From NCBI GenBank assembly GCA_030679975.1, contig JAUXSL010000102.1:1-46221 (forward strand): DNA of 46,221 nt, written 5' to 3'. Source of the DNA: Actinomycetota bacterium (GTDB lineage: Bacteria > Actinomycetota > Aquicultoria > CAJVYJ01 > JAUVQD01). Shown piece after piece: positions 25,039-31,611 of the stretch. Under the pieces are notes generated by a model. The model did not search any database, was not told where the DNA came from, and saw only the letters and a program-made list of their open reading frames with translations. Within the stretch, counting starts at the first letter, position 1, and every line of letters starts with the position of its first letter. The position numbers and the translations under genes are program-made.

Positions 25039-26361
25039 ATGGCAAAAAAACTGGGATTCATAATCGTTTTTCTTTTGTGCGGCGCCATCCAAATCGGCGT
25101 TGGCACGGCCGTCGCCGAAATCGTCCCGGCCCATAGGAGCCTGTCTAAGTACTCCACTCCGGCTGCAAATCCGGTATGGCGGCCGCCGGCTGTGTTGCGA
25201 CTCCTCCGAGTAGCTACAGCTACGCGTCGTCCTCGCGCCTTGCCGGACGACTCGCCCTCCGAATTTTCGCTTTCGTCGGGAGTAATTAGACAGGCTCCTA
25301 GCATCTCATCACCTTCCGCGTTTCTTCTGGATGTACGGACCGGTCGTGAGCTCTTCTCCAAGGAAGCTTATAGCCAAAGACCGATCGCAAGCACGACCAA
25401 AATACTGACGGCTCTGGTGGTGATGGAAAAATCCAGCCCAAACGATGAAGTAGTTATCAGCGCCAACGCCGCATCCACTGGAGGCGCGACTATTGGTCTT
25501 AAGCAGGGAGAGCGGCGAAAGGTAGGGGAATTGCTGGAGGCGCTGATGCTGGCCTCGGCAAATGATGCGGCCGTTGCTCTTGCCGAACACGTTGGCGGAA
25601 GTGTTGCGGGGTTTGCGCGGATTATGAATGAAACAGCCCAGTCGTTGGGCGCCAAAAACAGCCGGTTCATGAGCCCCAACGGTTTGGCCCCCGGCAACCT
25701 GCATTATTCAACAGCCGAGGACTTGGCCCGCATAGCCCAAGCGGCTATGAAAAAAGATGAATTCAGGATGCTTGTTTCGACGCGCAGATACACCTGGGAA
25801 ACGACGGAGTCGAGCAGACCGACGTTATTGACTAACAGCAATAATTTACTGGAAAAATATCCGCCCGCGACTGGGATAAAGACAGGCTATACAAATGAGT
25901 CAGGTTACTGCCTGGTGGCCAGCGCCACCAAGGGGGAGCGGTCGGCGATAGCGGTTATTCTGGGCAGTCCGTCAAGAGACGCCTCGTTTAACGATGCCCG
26001 CCAATTGCTCGATTGGGCTCTCGATCGTTTTGAATTTATGCAGGTAGTCAAAAAGAGCAGACGGTATGGCGTTCTAATAAAAGCCGGTCTTTCGGTGCCC
26101 CTGGTCGCTGATAAGACGTGGGAGGAGCTCGTCTACAACGGTGCCGACGGAGGGCCGGTTTTGAAAGCGTTGATTAAAAAGGGGGTAAAGCTGCCCATAA
26201 CTAAGGGGCAGAGAGTGGGGGAATTGGCAATAATGCGCCTGGGCAAAAAGGTCGGCTCCGTTGGGTTGTTAGCGGGCAGATCGGCAGCCGATCCTTACGT
26301 GGCAGGCAGTATTCAAGATTACTTCCGACGGGTTGTCAAAAAGATAGAAAATCTGCTTTAA
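25039..26361 (+). CDS. dacA: D-alanyl-D-alanine carboxypeptidase (peptidase S11) carrying a 55-codon in-frame element insertion
   Basis: Signal peptide; ASTTK (SxxK), SAN (SxN), KTGYT motifs; PBP5-like C-terminal domain. Confidence 0.88.
   Translation: MAKKLGFIIVFLLCGAIQIGVGTAVAEIVPAHRSLSKYSTPAANPVWRPPAVLRLLRVATATRRPRALPDDSPSEFSLSSGVIRQAPSISSPSAFLLDVRTGRELFSKEAYSQRPIASTTKILTALVVMEKSSPNDEVVISANAASTGGATIGLKQGERRKVGELLEALMLASANDAAVALAEHVGGSVAGFARIMNETAQSLGAKNSRFMSPNGLAPGNLHYSTAEDLARIAQAAMKKDEFRMLVSTRRYTWETTESSRPTLLTNSNNLLEKYPPATGIKTGYTNESGYCLVASATKGERSAIAVILGSPSRDASFNDARQLLDWALDRFEFMQVVKKSRRYGVLIKAGLSVPLVADKTWEELVYNGADGGPVLKALIKKGVKLPITKGQRVGELAIMRLGKKVGSVGLLAGRSAADPYVAGSIQDYFRRVVKKIENLL
25136..25298. 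mobile_element. MITE-like palindromic element, family A copy 2 (163 bp, inverted relative to copy 1), inserted in frame in dacA
   Basis: TIRs GGAGCCTGTCTAAGTACTCC / GGAGTAATTAGACAGGCTCC; TA at 25134-25135 and 25299-25300; 163+2=165 bp=55 codons, no stop. Confidence 0.9.
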
Positions 26362-26399
26362 TTGATTACGCGCAAATCAAAGTGCTTGGAGGGTCTGAC

Positions 26400-26669
26400 A
26401 TGAGTGACGAAAGCGAAATGGTCTTAACAGAGCTTTCAGAAAAGAGCGACCAGGACCTTAGGGGTATCTTGGACAAACTCGATACCGATGAGCAAAGATT
26501 GTCGTATGAGCGAAGGTTGCTCCACGCCAAGATCGATATTTTGAAAGCTGAACTGCTGGCTCGAATTAAAGAGAAACACCGCCGGGGCAAGAGCATGGTA
26601 ACCGGACGGGATTTAGAGCGCCTCACCGAGATTCTCGCGCGCGACCTCACCAAAAAAGCCATAGACTAA
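26400..26669 (+). CDS. Small single-motif RsiG/AmfC-like protein (candidate c-di-GMP-binding anti-sigma factor)
   Basis: EQRLSYERRLLHAKIDILKAEL matches E(X)3S(X)2R(X)3Q(X)3D with H in place of Q; ATG 26400 after GGAGGG. Confidence 0.7.
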   Translation: MSDESEMVLTELSEKSDQDLRGILDKLDTDEQRLSYERRLLHAKIDILKAELLARIKEKHRRGKSMVTGRDLERLTEILARDLTKKAID

Positions 26670-26752
26670 ACGTCTGGTCTGTAACTGTTTGCTTTTTAAA
26701 CTGTCAGAAGATAAACTATAAATATAAACCTCACCTTTAGGTAGGAGAAGAG

Positions 26753-27016
26753 ATGTCCGACAAGGTTACGGTAATTATCCAACGGTTTTTTGAAGAGATG
26801 CAGGTCGACGTGGTTGAAGAGCGCGTCGTCAATTACATCCTGAAGGAACTTCATTTAGGGCGTAAGCTGTCTGTCATTATTCAAGACCCCTACGTAAAGA
26901 ACCGCGTTGACGAAGACAGGTTGGGCCAGATGCTCGAGAACAAAGAGATAATATCCGCCGTGGAAGAAGAGCTGGAAGCGGCCTTTAAGGGCCATGACTT
27001 TAAGTTTGCGGAATGA
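26753..27016 (+). CDS. Hypothetical protein (87 aa)
   Basis: AGGAG RBS; ATGA overlap with the FHA gene; no recognisable motif. Confidence 0.7.
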   Translation: MSDKVTVIIQRFFEEMQVDVVEERVVNYILKELHLGRKLSVIIQDPYVKNRVDEDRLGQMLENKEIISAVEEELEAAFKGHDFKFAE

Positions 27017-27495
27017 GTGTTATCTGCTCCCAATGCCGAACTGAAAATCCCAAAGAGAGCCAGTTTTGTTCCCGTTGCGGGGAGAAGCTCATCTCAGACC
27101 TGGAAACGACGATTACATTTGCCGAGCCGATTGAAATAGGCGAGGAAGAAAAGATCGATCTGGAAAGATTGGCGATTGAAGGTCCCTTACTTGTCGTTAT
27201 TAAGGGGATAGGGGTCGGGCAGACGTTTCGGATAGGCACTATGGATGTGCTGATCGGCCGGGATCCCACAAACGATATTTTCTTGGACGATATTACGGTC
27301 TCACGGCGGCACGCTCAGATCAAGCACGGCGACAATGGCTTGGTTATTCTGGACACAGGCAGCCTCAATGGGACCTATCTGAATAGGGAGCGGGTCGAGG
27401 GAGCCTGCCTGAATCACGGCGACGAAATACAAATAGGGAAGTTTAAGATGGTTTTTTTGGATAAGTCCGGAGCTGCCCATGACGACAAAGAATAA
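27013..27495 (+). CDS. Zinc-ribbon + FHA domain protein (GarA/OdhI-like)
   Basis: CxxC...CxxC, ETTITF, IGRDP..DIFLDDITVSRRHA, GSLNGTYLN, DEIQIGKF. Confidence 0.88.
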   Translation: MSVICSQCRTENPKESQFCSRCGEKLISDLETTITFAEPIEIGEEEKIDLERLAIEGPLLVVIKGIGVGQTFRIGTMDVLIGRDPTNDIFLDDITVSRRHAQIKHGDNGLVILDTGSLNGTYLNRERVEGACLNHGDEIQIGKFKMVFLDKSGAAHDDKE

Positions 27496-28192
27496 TGGCA
27501 ACGGTTCAAAAATGTTAAGCATAGGGCAGGCGGTCGGTCAGCTAAAACCGGCGTTTCCAGATCTCTCTATCAGCAAAGTTCGTTTTCTAGAGGACGAAGG
27601 ACTGCTAAGGCCGCGCCGGACCAAGGGCGGATATCGTTTATTCTCAGAAGAGGATATCGGCAGGCTTACAGAGATACTCCGCTTGCAAGGCGATCAATTT
27701 CTGCCTCTGGCTGTTATTAAAGAGCGGATGAGCGGTTGGCATTACGGCGATAATCTAGTTGCGGAGCGCGAGGGGGCCGTTGAAGAGGAGACGGACGCTG
27801 AAGGCAAGAACCTGAAGCCTTTGTCTCTTGATGAAGTGGGAGCCCGGACCGGCATCGAGATGGAAACGGTCAGGGCGATGGAAAGCTTCGGCTTGATCAA
27901 GTTGATCGACTATAACGACCAGCTGGGAATCGGCCCCGATGACCTGGAAATATTGACGGTATTCACCGATCTGAGGAAGTTCGGCATCGAAGCCCGGCAT
28001 TTGCGGATGTACGAAAACCTGGCGCAAAGGGAATCATTGCTTTTTCAGCAGATATTCACCCCGCAGATCAAGCATAAAAGCCGGAAGCTGCGCCAGAAGA
28101 GCCTAACGGACCTAAGAGAACTCGTGGCTCTCACTGAAAGAATAAGACGCGCGATGCTTAAGAAGACGCTAGCGGAAGCGAATCTTTTATAA
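27479..28192 (+). CDS. MerR-family transcriptional regulator (Rv1828/FtsR-like)
   Basis: SIGQAV..LKPAFPDLSISKVRFLEDEGLLRPRRTKGGYRLF, GIEARHLR; conserved position after the FHA gene. Confidence 0.85.
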   Translation: MTTKNNGNGSKMLSIGQAVGQLKPAFPDLSISKVRFLEDEGLLRPRRTKGGYRLFSEEDIGRLTEILRLQGDQFLPLAVIKERMSGWHYGDNLVAEREGAVEEETDAEGKNLKPLSLDEVGARTGIEMETVRAMESFGLIKLIDYNDQLGIGPDDLEILTVFTDLRKFGIEARHLRMYENLAQRESLLFQQIFTPQIKHKSRKLRQKSLTDLRELVALTERIRRAMLKKTLAEANLL

Positions 28193-28219
28193 AAGAATCG
28201 CCCGGACGGAGCTCAACGC

Positions 28220-28558
28220 ATGTCTGAGATCAACTTCTCTCACCCCAGTGAACGCGAGTGCGCGAATATCCTGGATTTTTACAAGATGCGATGGGAATAC
28301 GAACCAACCACTTTTCCGCTCGAATGGGACAGAAAAGGTCGTATAATTCGATGCTTTACGCCTGATTTTTATCTCCCCGACCAGGATCTCTACATTGAAT
28401 TGACGACGATGAGTCAAAAGCTGGTAACTAAAAAGAATCGCAAGGTCAGGAAGTTACGGGAGATATATCCGCATATAAACGTCAAGATATTTTACCAAAA
28501 AGATTTTCGCAATCTGTTGTATAAATATGGTCTTCAGGCCAAAAAATCGACTCAGTAA
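28220..28558 (+). CDS. PD-(D/E)XK nuclease-like hypothetical protein
   Basis: SERE.A..LD...W.YEP..F...FTPDFYLP..DLYIELTT pattern. Confidence 0.7.
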   Translation: MSEINFSHPSERECANILDFYKMRWEYEPTTFPLEWDRKGRIIRCFTPDFYLPDQDLYIELTTMSQKLVTKKNRKVRKLREIYPHINVKIFYQKDFRNLLYKYGLQAKKSTQ

Positions 28559-28569
28559 AAAAAGGATCC

Positions 28570-29085
28570 ATAATCGATCGCGTCTTATTCAGCGCTGAAG
28601 ATATCTCCGCTGTCGTCAACAAGCTTGGGCTCGAGATCACCCGCGACTATGAAGGCCGGCGGCCGCTCCTGGTCAGCGTGCTCCGCGGGGGCCTGATCTT
28701 TTTGGCCGACTTGGCGCGCCGGATAGACCTGCCTTTGTCGGTTGATTTCATGGCTGTGTCGACTTATGGACCGGCGGTCACCACAGGAGTCGTGCAAGTC
28801 TTAAAGGATTTGGATGAACTGATAACCGGCAGGGACGTTATTGTGATCGAAGACATTATCGACACGGGCCTCACGTTAAATTACCTGCTCCAGATATTGA
28901 GGGCCAGGCAACCGGCCTCCCTTGAGGTCTGCACGCTGCTCGACAAGTCCGTCCGGCGCATAGCAAATATCCACATCGCCTACAAGGGGTTTGATGTCCC
29001 GGATGTATTTGTCGTGGGCTATGGGCTCGATTTTGAGCAGCGCTATCGTAACTTGCCCTTTATCGGCGTCCTCAAGGAAGAATGA
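28570..29085 (+). CDS. hpt: Hypoxanthine phosphoribosyltransferase (start atypical, see findings)
   Basis: IDRVLFSAEDI..V..LG.EITRDY, VLRGG..F.ADL, VIEDIIDTGLTL, LLDK, FVVGYGLD...YRNLP; homology extends about 36 codons upstream of the first GTG at 28678. Confidence 0.9.
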   Translation: MIDRVLFSAEDISAVVNKLGLEITRDYEGRRPLLVSVLRGGLIFLADLARRIDLPLSVDFMAVSTYGPAVTTGVVQVLKDLDELITGRDVIVIEDIIDTGLTLNYLLQILRARQPASLEVCTLLDKSVRRIANIHIAYKGFDVPDVFVVGYGLDFEQRYRNLPFIGVLKEE

Positions 29086-29152
29086 CCGGCCTGGCCACTT
29101 TTCGGCCGGACCTCTAGTGCCTCCAGCCTGAATCTGCTAAAATATTGTCTCA

Positions 29153-29668
29153 ATGGATCTTAAAGTCAACATCAGAGACGTACCGGACTTTCCCAAGCCG
29201 GGCATACTTTTTAAGGACATTACCCCACTTCTCTCGAACGGGCTGGCGTTCACGCATGCGATCGACACGATCGCCGAACATTTCGCGGGCCAAAAAATCG
29301 ACGTCGTTCTAGGGGCTGAGGCTCGTGGATTTATTCTCGGCGGGGCTCTAGCCTATAAGCTCGGTTGCGGCTTTGTACCGGCCAGAAAGCCGGGGAAGCT
29401 GCCTCATGCGGTGACGCAGGCCATCTATGATTTGGAATATGGGACAGACGCGCTTGAAGTCCACCGGGACTCTATCGCACCGGGCCAGCGCGTTCTGATC
29501 GTCGACGATGTTCTGGCAACGGGCGGGACGGCCGGCGCTAAGGCTGAGCTGGTTCGAAAAATGGCGGGCGAAGTTGCCGGGTTGGCTTTTCTGATCGAAC
29601 TCAAATTCCTGGATGGTCGAGCTAAGCTGGGCGACTATGACATTTATTCATTGATTGCCTACGATTAA
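29153..29668 (+). CDS. apt: Adenine phosphoribosyltransferase
   Basis: PDFPKPGILFKDIT, EARGF, RKPGKLP, LEYGTD, VDDVLATGGT. Confidence 0.96.
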   Translation: MDLKVNIRDVPDFPKPGILFKDITPLLSNGLAFTHAIDTIAEHFAGQKIDVVLGAEARGFILGGALAYKLGCGFVPARKPGKLPHAVTQAIYDLEYGTDALEVHRDSIAPGQRVLIVDDVLATGGTAGAKAELVRKMAGEVAGLAFLIELKFLDGRAKLGDYDIYSLIAYD

Positions 29669-29677
29669 CAGATACCG

Positions 29678-30073
29678 ATGAGCGGCAAAGTAAATAGGAA
29701 AGCCGCGGACCCGAAGCAACTATTGGCCTGGGCCGCGCTGATAATGATCGTGGTCTGGTTGGGCGTTAACCGGCCTAGAGTAGTGAGTACGAACGTTGCG
29801 ATTCAGAGAAGGTCCGCTCCTAAAGAGGCGGTCGAAGCGTCGCCGGCGCTGGACGCGGGCGGCAATCGTGTAGAGGTCATTACCGAGCTGCTCAATCTTA
29901 GGGCCGAACCTAACGCGGCTAAGAAAACCATCATCGGGACATTGAGAAAAGGTCTCGTGATAGATGTTTTGGAAAGAAGACCCGGCTGGCTTAAGGTCAA
30001 ATTGCCGGACGGGCGGACCGGATTTATCGCCGATCAGAGCAAGTACATAAAATTCTCAGGGACAATAAGATGA
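29678..30073 (+). CDS. Membrane-anchored bacterial SH3 domain protein
   Basis: TM helix then LNLRAEP...IIGTL.KG..VLE...GWLKV...GRTGFI. Confidence 0.8.
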   Translation: MSGKVNRKAADPKQLLAWAALIMIVVWLGVNRPRVVSTNVAIQRRSAPKEAVEASPALDAGGNRVEVITELLNLRAEPNAAKKTIIGTLRKGLVIDVLERRPGWLKVKLPDGRTGFIADQSKYIKFSGTIR

Positions 30074-30375
30074 GAGTCTTTGGTAAAGCATCGGATTTCT
30101 ATCGCCTCAGGGTCATAAAGGTCACTGAAGACTCGGATGTCGATCTCAACTGGCGGGAGGACATCCTCTATCGGCGGCCGCCCGGCGCGCCTATGGCAAC
30201 CAAGGTCTGGTACGTCATCCAAGCCGTCATGGTCGACAATGAAAGCCCTTATAATCTAAAGCGGTTCGCTACGGGCGAGGCGGCGATGCGATTTAAGGAC
30301 CGGGTCGAAGAACTGCTCCGCGATTTGACCAAACAAGAATTTGAGGAGCGCTTTCCCACTACAAACAACCCGTAG
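30070..30375 (+). CDS. Hypothetical protein (101 aa)
   Basis: ATGA overlap with the SH3 gene; coding-like composition. Confidence 0.65.
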   Translation: MRVFGKASDFYRLRVIKVTEDSDVDLNWREDILYRRPPGAPMATKVWYVIQAVMVDNESPYNLKRFATGEAAMRFKDRVEELLRDLTKQEFEERFPTTNNP

Positions 30376-30464
30376 AAGCCGCGTTCTCCAATTTTGGCCT
30401 GCCTCTCGCTGCATATTAAAGCCTGGTATTTGGAACAAATAAGAAAATTCCAATAAGAAAAGGG

Positions 30465-31508
30465 ATGACAGCGATGAAAATTGGTCTGATTGCGCCCATT
30501 TGGTATCCGATTCCTCCGGTAGGTTATGGCGGCATAGAATTGGTGGTCAGTCTTTTAGCGGAAGGATTGGTCGATAAAGGCCATGACGTAACGGTTTTTG
30601 CGTCCGGGGACTCAAAGACGAGGGCCCGGCTGGTATCGTCCTGCGATGTAGCTCCCTGCGCCTTGATCGGCCAGGTCTATCCTGACCTGGTTCACGCCTT
30701 GACCGCATATACGCGGGCCGCGGAATTCGATGTCATCCACGATCATAGCGGCATTATCGGTCCCTCGGTCGGCGCTTTCAGCGCGACGCCCGTCCTGCAC
30801 ACGCTTCACGGTCCGGCGACAGCGGAGGCCAAGAAACTGTACAATATGTTGAATTTTGGTCTTTCCTTTAACGCCATTTCTAATTACCAGCGAAGCCAGT
30901 TCGGCGATCTGAGCTTTGTCGATACAATTTATAACGCCGTCGATATGGGCCAATACCCGTTTTCCGTGGAGAAGGAAGACTACCTGCTCTTCTTGGGAAG
31001 GATGAACCCCGAGAAGGGGGCGCATATAGCGGTTGATGTGGCGAATCGTCTGGGACGGCGCCTGGTTCTGGTAACAAAAATGGTCGAACCGGCGGAAATA
31101 GAATATTTCGAGACTCGAGTAAAGCCGCTTCTCGACTCGAACGTGGAGATAATGGGTGAAATAGACCCCGTCACAAAAGCGGGAATATTCTCCAAAGCGG
31201 CCTGCACTCTCTTTCCTATCCAGTGGCCCGAACCGTTTGGTTTGGTCATGATCGAGTCGATGGCTACCGGAACGCCCGTTGTGGCGATGAGGCAGGGCGC
31301 TGTACCGGAGGTCATCGCGGATGAGCGGACAGGCTATATCGTCGATACTGTTGACGAAATGGTCGAGGCCGTCGCTAAGGCGCAGACTCTTGACCCGCGT
31401 GAATGCCGCACTTATGTAGAGGGCAGATTTTCTCAAGACCGCATGGTCGATGATTATGTCGCCGCGTACAAGCAGATTTTGGAAGCGAGGTCCAATAAGG
31501 CGGCCTGA
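30465..31508 (+). CDS. Glycosyltransferase family 4
   Basis: IPPVGYGGIE, GHDVTVFASGDS, LGRMNPEKG, WPEPFGLVMIESMATGTPVV. Confidence 0.9.
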   Translation: MTAMKIGLIAPIWYPIPPVGYGGIELVVSLLAEGLVDKGHDVTVFASGDSKTRARLVSSCDVAPCALIGQVYPDLVHALTAYTRAAEFDVIHDHSGIIGPSVGAFSATPVLHTLHGPATAEAKKLYNMLNFGLSFNAISNYQRSQFGDLSFVDTIYNAVDMGQYPFSVEKEDYLLFLGRMNPEKGAHIAVDVANRLGRRLVLVTKMVEPAEIEYFETRVKPLLDSNVEIMGEIDPVTKAGIFSKAACTLFPIQWPEPFGLVMIESMATGTPVVAMRQGAVPEVIADERTGYIVDTVDEMVEAVAKAQTLDPRECRTYVEGRFSQDRMVDDYVAAYKQILEARSNKAA

Positions 31509-31534
31509 TAGGCCGATTTTCGCCCCGCGCTCAA

Positions 31535-31563
31535 TTGACAGCTAAATCCTCTTCTGCTAGCTT
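31535..31563 (+). promoter_or_regulatory. Candidate ileS promoter
   Basis: TTGACA-17 bp-TAGCTT; upstream hairpin CGGCCT-gat-AGGCCG-ATTTT at 31501-31520 may terminate the GT4 gene. Confidence 0.6.
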
Positions 31564-31611
31564 AACATTTGATCAAACCTCACCCGGCGATACGGGTGGG
31601 GAGTTATTTTT

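Noticed and set aside
30612-31436. Long antisense ORFs (e.g. 274 aa opposite GT4; 198 and 218 aa opposite manC)
   Set aside because: Shadow ORFs of well-supported genes in GC-rich DNA, with no motifs or RBS
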